Source: a virus (taxonomy: Duplodnaviria > Caudoviricetes). From it: a stretch of 54,184 bases of DNA. Below, piece by piece: positions 45,126-54,030 of the stretch. The notes below the pieces were generated by a model. The model saw nothing but the letters and a program-made list of their open reading frames with translations. It ran no database searches and was not told where the DNA came from. Location: IMG/VR virus record IMGVR_UViG_3300025168_000114, positions 1 through 54,184 of that record, one strand, 5' to 3'. Position numbers and translations under genes: made by a program. Numbering within the stretch: position 1 is the first letter of the stretch; each line of letters starts with the position of its first letter.

Positions 45126-45722
45126 TCATAGTTTAAGCCCTCGGAGGAGTCGGTCTTCCCTATACCACGCCATGCCTGCTTCTGTCATCCTGTACTTCTT
45201 GACGTGGGACTTCTTGTCACAGGAGTAAACCAGTTCACGTTCGTCTAAGCCCTTCACAAAGTTACGAGAGGTGACGCACCCCAAGCCCAACTCTTCGGCT
45301 AACTCCGGTGCAGTGTACGCCGCAGGATACCTACGCCCTAGCCCTCGCAGGATGCGCCGAGCATTGAGGTAGATGCCAGTGTAACTCCGCTGTTCTGGTG
45401 ATAGGGTTACGTTCCTTAGTAGGGCTGTCACCCACTCCTTCGCTAGTTCACTACCTTGCACAGCAGGTAGCACCTTGCCCGCCTTGGCTCTTGCTCCAGC
45501 CCTCTTCTGCACATAGCCTCTCTCCTCTAGGGCACTGACTGCATTGCAGACAACACCACGGGTACAACCAATCTTGTTAGTCAGTCCCTCCTGTCTCCAA
45601 GTACGGCTCAAGTCCCAGCCTAGGGACAGCAGAACTATCCGTTGGTTACGTCCCTGCACACGAGGCACCCCGTAAGGATGTCGGTTAAGTTTCTCTTCAA
45701 TCTCTGTCTGATACTTACTCAT
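45126..45722 (-). CDS. Tandem winged-helix DNA-binding protein
   Basis: Two wHTH-like units: QEGLTNKIGCTRGVVCNAVSALEERGYV and APELAEELGL...LDERELV...YRMTEAG. Confidence 0.7.
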   Translation of the reverse strand: MSKYQTEIEEKLNRHPYGVPRVQGRNQRIVLLSLGWDLSRTWRQEGLTNKIGCTRGVVCNAVSALEERGYVQKRAGARAKAGKVLPAVQGSELAKEWVTALLRNVTLSPEQRSYTGIYLNARRILRGLGRRYPAAYTAPELAEELGLGCVTSRNFVKGLDERELVYSCDKKSHVKKYRMTEAGMAWYREDRLLRGLKL

Positions 45723-45723
45723 A

Positions 45724-45924
45724 CTATTCTCCCTTCTTTGAATTAGGTCTTAGGCCGTAGCCATCTCGATACCATCCGCTACCCGACAGTGAGAACGAAC
45801 CTGCGCTTACCTGTTTGGTAGGCTTAGGGTCACCACACTTAGGGCACGGAGGAGTATCCGCGCTCATCTTCATCAACTTCTCGAATGCGTTTCCGCACTT
45901 ACACTTGTACTCATAGATTGGCAT
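45724..45924 (-). CDS. FmdB family zinc-ribbon protein
   Basis: MPIYEYKCKCG...CPKCG...FSLSGSGWY. Confidence 0.85.
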   Translation of the reverse strand: MPIYEYKCKCGNAFEKLMKMSADTPPCPKCGDPKPTKQVSAGSFSLSGSGWYRDGYGLRPNSKKGE

Positions 45925-47540
45925 TACATCTCATCCATTAGGATGCTGGCGAGTATCTCATCCTCAGCATCTTCTAGTCCTAGCGAACTAACGAGTTCAC
46001 CTACGTCTGTATCACCACTGATATCAACGACATCCTCCAGTCTCTCCAACAGGACAGAGGCAATGTGCTCATCCACTGTACCCTCTGCTACTGGGTAGAG
46101 GATGAGGCATCCGTTACCTCCCAGCCGTCTGAACCTACCCCGCGCTTGTATCGTCTCACGGGGCGTACTAGGCAGCATTGCCTGCACGGCTAGGTCAGTG
46201 CATTGGAAGCCGTCGTAAGCCTCACCAAACGCCTGATAGGAGCCTACAAATAGACATGGTCCATCATGGTTGACATAGTCCTGCAGCACTTGGTCACGGG
46301 CATTGTCTGTGTACCCACCATGAGCCACGAAGACAGGTATGGTCTTGTCCTTGACCTTGGCTGCTGCCTTGGTCATCTCGTCCCCCACCCTCTCAACTAT
46401 CTCGCGCCGTCCGAAGAAGGCGACCACCTTCTGGTCATGACTCCATGCTTCAGTCACTACCTGTTTCAACCACAGTCTCTTACGAGATGCGGCCTCGGCC
46501 AGCTTGGCTTCGCGCAGTGCCATCGCACCAGACTTAGCAGCCTTACTGAATATCTTCTTGAAGCCTCCCACTGGGCGGCACTGGTCTTCCGCACCTAGGT
46601 ACACTGTCTGTGTACGCAGGGCAGGTAGATGCTTGGCAGCCTCGCGCTGGTCAACGATGGACATCACTGTCATCAGTCGAGCCTTGAACTCTACGCTCTC
46701 CGACTTACCTCCAGTGTCCAGGCCACCCCAACTGTTCTCCGCTGCATCGCAGTAGCGCATGGCGAAGTCCTTGAACTTACCCCAACCATCTGGTTCGAGG
46801 AAGTCTAGTTGTCCCCACAGGTCTGACCTGTCCTTGGCTATAGGTGTGGCCGTGAGGCCGAGTCTGTACCTGCACTGTCGAGACAGGGCATAGGCTGCTG
46901 CCACTCTGTTCTCCTTGAGTTTCCAATAAGGTCTGCCTTCCTCATTGATGAGGCGTTGCCACCTGCTCTTGTTCTTGCCGGTATGAATCTCGTCCAGTAC
47001 CAGTACGTCAGGCTGCCACGCTTGTAGCGTAGTCAACCAGTACGGGAGTATCTCCCACGAGATGACTGCCCATGAGTCTGTCTCGATGTCAGTAGGTGTC
47101 TGACCTCTGAGTATCTGCACCTTGTGGTAGGTGAGTTTCTCTATCTCCCTGCGGAACTGAGCACGGGTTCCAGCCTTCGTCACGGCCAGTACCCTACGTG
47201 CTCCCTGTGTACGCCACTGCTCAACCGCTGCCACTGAGCCGACAGTCTTCCCGACACCACACGGCCAGTACAACATGAAGTTGTTCTCGACCGCTGCTCG
47301 GTTGACCGCGTCCTGTTGGTACGGGGTGAGGTAGTCTGCCACCCACGGGCGCAGGTGCTGCTCGGAACAGGGCACGTGCACCTTAGGGTATCTCCGCTTG
47401 CTGATGTTACAGGAGCGGGGCGGAGGCAGGTGTCTCCAGTAGGGGTGACGATACCCTGCCGCCTCTGTGCTGCAATACTGTGAGTGCATCATAGGGGCAG
47501 GGCGCGTCCGTTGTACTGCCGAGTAGTCATCACTACTCAC
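45924..47540 (-). CDS. SNF2-like superfamily 2 helicase
   Basis: LTPYQ Q-motif, GVGKT, LDEIH, LTATP, DLWGQL, QARGRFRR; exact start uncertain. Confidence 0.85.
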   Translation of the reverse strand: MSSDDYSAVQRTRPAPMMHSQYCSTEAAGYRHPYWRHLPPPRSCNISKRRYPKVHVPCSEQHLRPWVADYLTPYQQDAVNRAAVENNFMLYWPCGVGKTVGSVAAVEQWRTQGARRVLAVTKAGTRAQFRREIEKLTYHKVQILRGQTPTDIETDSWAVISWEILPYWLTTLQAWQPDVLVLDEIHTGKNKSRWQRLINEEGRPYWKLKENRVAAAYALSRQCRYRLGLTATPIAKDRSDLWGQLDFLEPDGWGKFKDFAMRYCDAAENSWGGLDTGGKSESVEFKARLMTVMSIVDQREAAKHLPALRTQTVYLGAEDQCRPVGGFKKIFSKAAKSGAMALREAKLAEAASRKRLWLKQVVTEAWSHDQKVVAFFGRREIVERVGDEMTKAAAKVKDKTIPVFVAHGGYTDNARDQVLQDYVNHDGPCLFVGSYQAFGEAYDGFQCTDLAVQAMLPSTPRETIQARGRFRRLGGNGCLILYPVAEGTVDEHIASVLLERLEDVVDISGDTDVGELVSSLGLEDAEDEILASILMDEM

Positions 47541-47629
47541 ATTATCCCCACGATTGCGTAGAGGAACATGAAGACGAAGGGCGAGCCGCCAATGAGTAGG
47601 CCAGCCCAGAAGTAATCTTGATTAGTCAT
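47537..47629 (-). CDS. 30 aa membrane peptide (absent from the ORF track)
   Basis: GGAGGT RBS; MTNQDYFWAGLLIGGSPFVFMFLYAIVGIM*; stop overlaps the helicase GTG. Confidence 0.6.
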   Translation of the reverse strand: MTNQDYFWAGLLIGGSPFVFMFLYAIVGIM

Positions 47630-47641
47630 GCTTACCTCCCC

Positions 47642-47962
47642 TTAGAATGAGTTGACGGACATATCGAATGGCATTCCGAATGCGACTTCGTCTTCGCGGA
47701 GTTCGTCGTAGTCGAAACTGGACATCTCGTCGTCCACAGCAGCCTGCATCTCCTGATTGATTAGCCAATCGTCATAGAATTTGGTGTGGTCAATGACCCT
47801 ACCTCTCTCATCGAGGGCTTCGTGGACTTCCCACTCGGAGTACTCATCCTCTCCGGGCTCGACGGTCACTACAAACTCTACGCTTGCAATGAGATGTGAT
47901 AGAATAGATAACTTCGACACGTCAATTTTAGTCGTGAAGTAGTGGTGGTGTGTTTCGCTCAT
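47642..47962 (-). CDS. Acidic hypothetical protein
   Basis: 106 aa, AGGAG RBS. Confidence 0.6.
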   Translation of the reverse strand: MSETHHHYFTTKIDVSKLSILSHLIASVEFVVTVEPGEDEYSEWEVHEALDERGRVIDHTKFYDDWLINQEMQAAVDDEMSSFDYDELREDEVAFGMPFDMSVNSF

Positions 47963-47964
47963 GA

Positions 47965-48120
47965 TTAACTCCTGTTCTTGATAAGATTACTGTTGAGCAT
48001 GATGAACATTGTTGCTTGCTCAGTCATGCCGTGCTTGTCGAATAGCGCGGAGACGATAGCATCGAATGCCATCCCCTTCGTGTTCATCTCTTCGATGTCC
48101 TTCTTGATTCTTTCGTTCAT
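47965..48120 (-). CDS. 51 aa hypothetical protein (absent from the ORF track)
   Basis: GAGG RBS; MNERIKKDIEEMNTKG...IKNRS*. Confidence 0.55.
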   Translation of the reverse strand: MNERIKKDIEEMNTKGMAFDAIVSALFDKHGMTEQATMFIMLNSNLIKNRS

Positions 48121-48158
48121 AGTACTGCCTCTTTTGTGCCCCTTCGGGCGGTGAATGT

Positions 48159-48494
48159 TTAATGCCAGCCCAGCTTATCCCAACCGGCATTGATATCTAT
48201 GTCTCCCTCTTCCTCAGCGCGTCGCTGCATCTCGGATACGAGAGCCTCCTCTGCTGCTTCTGACCACCAGTGGTCAGCCTGTAGGTTGATAGGCTCACCA
48301 TCGTTGAGCGCACAGATGAGTGAGTCCATCTGAGCCACGTCGAAGTCCAGTGTTCTACCGTTGAGCGTCCACTCCATGAGGGAGTTGAGGTGTACCTCGA
48401 AGGTTACCTCTTGACCTGCCACCCCAAGTGTAACCTTGAGGTGACCGTGCATCGGGCAGAGTTTGCCCATTACTTCTATTGTTTGCTTCATCAT
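48159..48494 (-). CDS. Hypothetical protein
   Basis: 111 aa, AGGAG RBS. Confidence 0.6.
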   Translation of the reverse strand: MMKQTIEVMGKLCPMHGHLKVTLGVAGQEVTFEVHLNSLMEWTLNGRTLDFDVAQMDSLICALNDGEPINLQADHWWSEAAEEALVSEMQRRAEEEGDIDINAGWDKLGWH

Positions 48495-48495
48495 C

Positions 48496-48774
48496 TTACT
48501 CTCCTTTCACAGCGGCAATCATTAGCCTATTTATTTCACGCTGAGTAGCCAGCATCGCGAGGTAATCATCCATAGACGCACCATACTGGTTGAGTGCCGC
48601 CCGATACCCCTCAATCATCGCCTCTGCTTTCTTCAGTGTCTGATACTCTGCTGAGTGAAAGACACTACCCACCTCACTAGCGTGGATGGTGTGAGTGCGC
48701 TTACCTACCTTGACAGTGGCTATCACTTTCGCGATGCGACCATCAACAGTTACTTCAATATTACCTTCTCCCAT
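48496..48774 (-). CDS. Hypothetical protein
   Basis: 92 aa, abuts the downstream gene. Confidence 0.6.
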   Translation of the reverse strand: MGEGNIEVTVDGRIAKVIATVKVGKRTHTIHASEVGSVFHSAEYQTLKKAEAMIEGYRAALNQYGASMDDYLAMLATQREINRLMIAAVKGE

Positions 48775-48860
48775 TCTTACCTGCCTTCGCCGCTACTGCG
48801 ACTGTTCTTCTACCTATTAATCCAATTATTACATCATGCCACAAATTAATTACATCATTG

Positions 48861-49328
48861 CTATGGCACCTCGTGGTCGAGCCTCCTCTCAACTGCTGCC
48901 AACTCTGGCCACTGGCGTATGCCTTGCTGGCCACAATACCCTAGACCCTCACACCTCATCTCGTAGTGGCGAGAGTTCCTGCCCAGTGCTTTCTTGTAGG
49001 TAGAGAGTTCGGTGTCGGAAGGTGGCCGACCTAACCTCTCTGTCAGCAGTTCCGAAGCACTCTTCTCGTCTGCTTTCCAGGTCATCATCTCCTCTAGGAA
49101 TCTAGGGATACTGGACTGACACTTGCGTAGATTCGCATGAGCCTTCTGTCGTCTCGTGACTCCGCGTTGTCTCGTCTTGAAGACCTCTGCTATCTTGGCC
49201 AGCAGGAAGATAGTATCTCCTGTGCTGAGGGTTGGTGTCTCACCAGCCTCTACCTGCCGCCACACTGCTGCGGCAGCAGCCAAGTAGGCATCTTCAAGAG
49301 CCTCGTTCGCTTGCTTTACTGAAGCCAT
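48861..49328 (-). CDS. Hypothetical protein
   Basis: 155 aa, GGAG RBS. Confidence 0.6.
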   Translation of the reverse strand: MASVKQANEALEDAYLAAAAAVWRQVEAGETPTLSTGDTIFLLAKIAEVFKTRQRGVTRRQKAHANLRKCQSSIPRFLEEMMTWKADEKSASELLTERLGRPPSDTELSTYKKALGRNSRHYEMRCEGLGYCGQQGIRQWPELAAVERRLDHEVP

Positions 49329-49492
49329 AGTAGACTCCCTAGCGTAGCCGAGTAGGAGACTAGGCTCAAGCAGAACACTAGCAGTATTGCTCTGAACCGA
49401 GCCTTCTCATCCCTTGCCGTGAAGAAAATGAAGAACGCAGGGAACAGGGCAATTAGGGTCACGATTTCTACTATCCATATGAATGTAATCAT
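49316..49492 (-). CDS. Two-TM small membrane protein
   Basis: MITFIWIVE... with two hydrophobic stretches; ATGA overlap with the upstream gene. Confidence 0.55.
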   Translation of the reverse strand: MITFIWIVEIVTLIALFPAFFIFFTARDEKARFRAILLVFCLSLVSYSATLGSLLWLQ

Positions 49493-49716
49493 CTCACACT
49501 CCACGTCAGACTGAAGGGAATGTCGCAGGTGTTGCACTCCATCTCAGTGATGTCGTCATCTGCTGCCGCGTCCCCGTGGTCAACGAAGGTGAAGGACTGC
49601 AGGTGATGACGCTGCTGGTCAACTGGTTGTCCCTCACACTCACCACACGCTGGGCAGGTCACGTACACGTAATCACCACCCCAAGGCATCCTCTCTACTT
49701 GTATTGTACTTCTCAT
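49489..49716 (-). CDS. Small zinc-finger protein
   Basis: CPACGEC...CNTC; GGAGGT RBS. Confidence 0.6.
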   Translation of the reverse strand: MRSTIQVERMPWGGDYVYVTCPACGECEGQPVDQQRHHLQSFTFVDHGDAAADDDITEMECNTCDIPFSLTWSVR

Positions 49717-49717
49717 C

Positions 49718-50386
49718 TCATACCTCCTTCAAGGTTTGTTCATTGTTCAACTGCTCTTCAATCTGTAGGAGCCTCAGCCCCCACTGGACGGCCATGCCCT
49801 GGGCAATACCGCGAAAGGTCTTGCTACTTTCTTTGGCATTCTTACTTATACCTCGGCTGTAACTCTGACCTCTTCTCTTACCTCCTGTATTACTAGGTAG
49901 GTAGGGGGTGTACTCCTCTACTATGTCTGTAGGCTGTAGTGGCTCTAGGTTCTTGAGCCAGAGCAGGGTACGCTTACTATACGGGTGACCGTACTCGTAG
50001 GGCTGTACTACTTGAGTATGAGGTGGCAGACCTACCGCTTTCAACGGTGTCGGATTCTCGACGGCAATATGTTTGATGGGGGCGTTCAATAACTTCATGA
50101 AGAATGCCTTCGCCTCTTGCGATTTATTGAACCTGCTCTGACACAGATTACCTGCTGTCGGATACATCCACCTAGCCCCTGCTTTGCTCATGAACTGGCA
50201 GGGTGGATGGGCAATCATCATGTCATACTTACCGCTGTATGCTTCGAGTACCGCATCACCTTGGATGTGCCACTCTGGGCGACCCCCACTACAGGCTTGG
50301 ATATCGCAGGAGTAAGCCTCCATCCCAAGCCGCCTAAACTCTTTCGCTATCGTCTGAGACTCTTCACAGGCTATCAATACTCTCAT
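49718..50386 (-). CDS. Short C5 DNA cytosine methyltransferase-like protein, paralog 1
   Basis: MRVLIACEES, SCDI, IQGD, catalytic HPPC, ENP, K.T.LW; ATG at 50386 has a GGAGGT RBS. Confidence 0.75.
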   Translation of the reverse strand: MRVLIACEESQTIAKEFRRLGMEAYSCDIQACSGGRPEWHIQGDAVLEAYSGKYDMMIAHPPCQFMSKAGARWMYPTAGNLCQSRFNKSQEAKAFFMKLLNAPIKHIAVENPTPLKAVGLPPHTQVVQPYEYGHPYSKRTLLWLKNLEPLQPTDIVEEYTPYLPSNTGGKRRGQSYSRGISKNAKESSKTFRGIAQGMAVQWGLRLLQIEEQLNNEQTLKEV

Positions 50387-50387
50387 T

Positions 50388-50609
50388 TCACACCTCCTCT
50401 TTGTACATGGATGTCCACGCATGGCGAAGTACAATCTTCTGCGTGTAGTCCTCTTGGTTAACATCTCCCCAAACTATGACCTGCCACTGCCCATCATGGA
50501 ACTCGATGTAGACTACGTCGTCATCATGCGCCGTACTCAGTCCGTCGAGTTTGATTACGAGCCTGTCGGTCTGGTGCAGTTGCACCTCTTTACATCTTGC
50601 GTCCTTCAT
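50388..50609 (-). CDS. Hypothetical protein
   Basis: 73 aa, ATGA-coupled. Confidence 0.6.
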   Translation of the reverse strand: MKDARCKEVQLHQTDRLVIKLDGLSTAHDDDVVYIEFHDGQWQVIVWGDVNQEDYTQKIVLRHAWTSMYKEEV

Positions 50610-50860
50610 TCCTCACCTCCTTCGATGCGCTCTGGCACCAATAGTATTTCTGTTGCCTGTCTCATCGACCTCGCCTCCCACACTTTGTGAGGTTGGACTT
50701 CGATAAACAGACCATTAGCCTTCACGAACAGGCCGTAAATGGTGACGCTGTATTCCTCCCACTCAGCGAACGGCGCACCAATTTTAGCCTCAATCAGCTT
50801 GATGTCGTACATATGTTCTGTCGGGAACACTGCTATCAGTGTGTTTGTGTCGTCATTCAT
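50606..50860 (-). CDS. Hypothetical protein
   Basis: Start reassigned to GGAGGCAGT-ATG at 50860. Confidence 0.6.
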   Translation of the reverse strand: MNDDTNTLIAVFPTEHMYDIKLIEAKIGAPFAEWEEYSVTIYGLFVKANGLFIEVQPHKVWEARSMRQATEILLVPERIEGGEE

Positions 50861-51135
50861 ACTGCCTCCTCGTTGATGTCCGCACACAGTGCGCGGACGT
50901 AAGTTGTTATCGGTTGCTTCGCCCACTGGCTCAGACCGTGGAGTTCCTCCAGTGTGACCTCCTCGCCTGCAATCGTGCGGATGCTATCCACACCCACTGC
51001 TCGGTAGAACTCATAGCCATCCAGGGATGTTGTCAACTCCCCATCGGTGAACTCTATGCCGACCTCTGTTGCTGCCAACCTGTGACCTGCTGGTAGGTTG
51101 AACTCCACTGCCAAGTTAATTTCTAACGTACTCAT
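50857..51135 (-). CDS. Hypothetical protein
   Basis: Start reassigned to GGAGGCAGT-ATG at 51135. Confidence 0.6.
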   Translation of the reverse strand: MSTLEINLAVEFNLPAGHRLAATEVGIEFTDGELTTSLDGYEFYRAVGVDSIRTIAGEEVTLEELHGLSQWAKQPITTYVRALCADINEEAV

Positions 51136-51290
51136 ACTGCCTCCCAAGACCTAACGATGTGTTGCCTTATTTTCTCTGCCTCTTTGTAGGATTTGACCTC
51201 TGCCACTTTTGCGGGGACGCTTACGTCCTCATAGTGGCCAGCCTCCTCGTCTACCTCTTCGATTATTATCCATACGATATGTTTACTCAT
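51132..51290 (-). CDS. 52 aa hypothetical protein (absent from the ORF track)
   Basis: GGAGGCAGT-ATG start; MSKHIVWIIIEEVDEEAG...SWEAV*; ATGA overlaps at both ends. Confidence 0.65.
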   Translation of the reverse strand: MSKHIVWIIIEEVDEEAGHYEDVSVPAKVAEVKSYKEAEKIRQHIVRSWEAV

Positions 51291-51463
51291 ACTGCCTCCT
51301 TCAAGACCTGCTCTAGTGATTCTATCTCTCGCGCTAGTGTGATGTCGTAGTCCCTCATCTTGCCGTCGTACTCGTCACTGTAGTGGACTAGTGCCCCGTT
51401 GCTGCTCAAGTGTTTGAGTTTCCTCAGCACCTCGTTCAATAGTCTGCGTTGCTCTTCATTCAT
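51287..51463 (-). CDS. Hypothetical protein
   Basis: MNEEQRR..., ATGA overlap with the methyltransferase stop. Confidence 0.55.
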   Translation of the reverse strand: MNEEQRRLLNEVLRKLKHLSSNGALVHYSDEYDGKMRDYDITLAREIESLEQVLKEAV

Positions 51464-52104
51464 TCTGCACTTCCCTTGTCGCATTGCGACGGTTTATTAA
51501 CTTCACTCCACTGGGCTGCCATCGCGTCTGCGATGCCTTGAAATGTCTCGCTTCTAATCTTCCACCTGTCTGCGCTAGGCGGCAGGTAGTGGAGGCGATG
51601 CTGTTTGTTTCTAGGCAAGGCAAGCATCTCCTCCTTGACGTTGTCAGTCTCGGTCAGTTTGGGCAGACCCTTAAGCCACAGACAGGTAGCCTTGCGCTCG
51701 GCGTGTCCGAACATCCAAGGCTGTACTATCTGTGAGTACTTGACCCCTCCGATACGCTCCACTGCGTACTTGTGGGGTATCGGATTCTCGATGGCGATGC
51801 GCGGGATGTCCGCGTCCATGAGAGCCTTGAAGAACGCCGCGCCGTCGTCCAGTTTAGCCCACCTGCTAGGGTCAGTGTGCAGATGACATACCCCAGAGTT
51901 GCTTAAAAAAGTACAAGGGGGGTGGCCAATCATCATATCCCAGCCCTGCCCGATGACCTCTAGCACGTCACCTTGGATGTGGTGGGGGCTGTCGTCATCT
52001 GCGGGTAGCAGGTCACATGACCACGCGTCATGGCCTAATGCTCGGAACGCCTCGCGCACCTTGCCGCTGTACTCACACGCTACTAGTACTCTCATTTTTT
52101 CCAT
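51460..52104 (-). CDS. Short C5 DNA cytosine methyltransferase-like protein, paralog 2
   Basis: MRVLVACEYSG, SCDL, IQGD, HPPC, IENP, KATCLW, RSETFQGIA. Confidence 0.75.
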   Translation of the reverse strand: MEKMRVLVACEYSGKVREAFRALGHDAWSCDLLPADDDSPHHIQGDVLEVIGQGWDMMIGHPPCTFLSNSGVCHLHTDPSRWAKLDDGAAFFKALMDADIPRIAIENPIPHKYAVERIGGVKYSQIVQPWMFGHAERKATCLWLKGLPKLTETDNVKEEMLALPRNKQHRLHYLPPSADRWKIRSETFQGIADAMAAQWSEVNKPSQCDKGSAE

Positions 52105-52397
52105 CAGATACCTCCTGTGGCTAGCATGAATTGTTTGTATTGCTCGTCCTCGTCGTCCTCTGTCACGGTTACGTTCTCGGTTTTGATTACTTCGAGTCCG
52201 CAGAAGAACAGCACCTCTATCTCATCCATAGGCAGCCACCCGCGCCATCCATCGGGCGCGGCGAGTAGTACCGACTTGCGCCCGTCGAAGCATTTCGGCG
52301 TACCGAAAATTGCTCTCTCGAATATGTGCCCATGCTCGCGGATGCGATTTTTGGTGCGCGATTTCGCGTTGTTGTTTGCCTTAATTTCTATGTCCAT
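52104..52397 (-). CDS. Hypothetical protein
   Basis: 97 aa, AAGGAG RBS. Confidence 0.6.
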   Translation of the reverse strand: MDIEIKANNNAKSRTKNRIREHGHIFERAIFGTPKCFDGRKSVLLAAPDGWRGWLPMDEIEVLFFCGLEVIKTENVTVTEDDEDEQYKQFMLATGGI

Positions 52398-52460
52398 GAT
52401 TTACTCCTTGTCCGATGTCGGACGGTGATTGGTGCCCCCATGATGGGGGCGTTGATTGAT

Positions 52461-53288
52461 TTAGATGCTGTGCCGTTGTACGAATCCGCTCGTATCGGCT
52501 AGTGCTTTTTTTCCTTTCGCGTAGAGGACTACGAGAGAGCCTGCAGGGTCAAGCGGTCGGTGGTCGTGGGCATCGCCGTCGATGGCGTGTGGTACAGTCT
52601 TGATGATGTGCGCGGCTACTCGCTTGGCCTCTGCTTTTTTCGTGCCGTGTTGCGCGGCTACTACAACGGCTGCAGAGTATCCCGCGTCAATCCATTGTTT
52701 GGTGCGCTCGGCGCTCTTCACGTCTTCGGATACGCTAAAGGTTAGATGGTAATTCGTGATACCGTCTAGCCGTCTAGCGTGTAGCGGTGCCTTCGTGTAG
52801 TCATAAAATTCACATTGTGGGAAGAGTCTAAACAGGTTGGGGAAGATGCGTTCCCATGCGATATCGCTTGACCCGTTGAGGCGGATAGCGGGAATCATTC
52901 CGAGTCGTTCGGCCTTTTTTACGTGCTTGTAAATGTCGCGAACTAACAGCGCGAAAAACAGGTCTTTAGATGCTAAGAATAGGCCAGTTTTCCACGTCCG
53001 CGCCTGTTTACTTGAATCCAATTTCAAGCGCCCTGTTGAATGACCGAGACAAGCAGCGATGCAACCGAGTGTTGCGAATGCGCATAACAACGCGGGCGTC
53101 AAGTACATGACTGCAGTCAACCGTCCCACCTTGCCCGATAGGATAACCTTGACTGAGTTGCCAAGTAGTGGCTTGTATACTTTCCCCTCGTGCTTTTTTG
53201 TACCGTTGACGTGGTGTTCGGTAGATGGTGCGAATGTTGCAATACTTGCAACGATAGCGTGAATTTCTCTGATTATTTTTGGATTCAT
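52461..53288 (-). CDS. Gp88-like protein (putative Fe-S/radical-SAM-like)
   Basis: C-x6-C-x3-C (LCAFATLGCIAACL), IRLNGSSDI.WE, FYDYTK, NYHLTFS, DGDAHDHR, GFV; ATG at 53288 has an AAGGGG RBS. Confidence 0.75.
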   Translation of the reverse strand: MNPKIIREIHAIVASIATFAPSTEHHVNGTKKHEGKVYKPLLGNSVKVILSGKVGRLTAVMYLTPALLCAFATLGCIAACLGHSTGRLKLDSSKQARTWKTGLFLASKDLFFALLVRDIYKHVKKAERLGMIPAIRLNGSSDIAWERIFPNLFRLFPQCEFYDYTKAPLHARRLDGITNYHLTFSVSEDVKSAERTKQWIDAGYSAAVVVAAQHGTKKAEAKRVAAHIIKTVPHAIDGDAHDHRPLDPAGSLVVLYAKGKKALADTSGFVQRHSI

Positions 53289-53330
53289 TTTTTCCCCTTC
53301 TCTGATTTGAATGCATCCCACGTTAACGAA

Positions 53331-53359
53331 ATTATCAACGCCCGATACAGTCAAGACAA
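53331..53359 (-). promoter_or_regulatory. Sigma70-like early promoter
   Basis: TTGTCT-N17-GATAAT on the - strand, ~43 nt upstream of the first early gene. Confidence 0.5.
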
Positions 53360-53538
53360 AAAAGAGGCAGCGGGCTAGCGCCTTACATTGACGCGCCCGC
53401 TGCCTATTGTCGCAAGTGGTTAGTTCCACTTTTAAGGCTCGCAACACCTAGCCCCTCATAGATAGCCGCTACGCTATCGTATGCGCTCTACTAGCAGCGC
53501 GTGACTCTCTCTCGAGAGCGGGTCAATCATCCGTATTC

Positions 53539-53566
53539 AATATGTAAAAGACGAGGCACCCGTCAA
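53539..53566 (-). promoter_or_regulatory. Second sigma70-like promoter candidate
   Basis: TTGACG-N16-CATATT on the - strand. Confidence 0.35.
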
Positions 53567-53777
53567 CGCTCTTTACGTCGGCCGACCTCTTCGGTGATGC
53601 CAAGATAGTCGATCTGTTCGGGACGTGCGGACAAATTGTGTCAAGGAAATGTAAAGTCTCTGTAATAGCGTCTCTGTCTAGCGTTTATTTATTTTTAGAC
53701 TGATTTGGGGTGAATCCATCCGCCGCGCTACGTTAGAGCCTGCGCGTATACGCGTGCGCGTTATTGTGGTGGCCTGG

Positions 53778-53918
53778 TACTGAATGGATGTTCAGCCTGG
53801 ATATCCGTACAGTACTGCACACTTGTTCAGTACTTCATCGCTCTCTACCTAGCAATCCACTACTACTGTACACCCGTTCAGTGGCTACCCCTAAACGCTG
53901 TACTGCGAGCCTGTTCTC
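53778..53918. promoter_or_regulatory. Array of LexA-box-like operators (Myxococcus-type)
   Basis: CTG-N10-CAG at 53780, 53797, 53815 and 53866, plus a degenerate copy at 53903; three carry GTTCAG. Confidence 0.65.
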
Positions 53919-54030
53919 CATAGAGGCACCTCACAGGCCGCTGAGGACGTTTGACCCCCCTATCTATATCTGGACATGGCCTACCCCTTATTTGAAGATG
54001 TCGAGGATCGTGCATATGTAGGTGGCCAGG

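Noticed and set aside
45018-48828. 12-mer TTAATCCAATTA at 48817 and its reverse complement at 45018, both intergenic
   Set aside because: Only two copies of an AT-rich 12-mer, which is expected by chance in 54 kb.
53764-54021. 85 aa ORF in the control region
   Set aside because: No RBS, atypical composition, and it overlaps the operator array.
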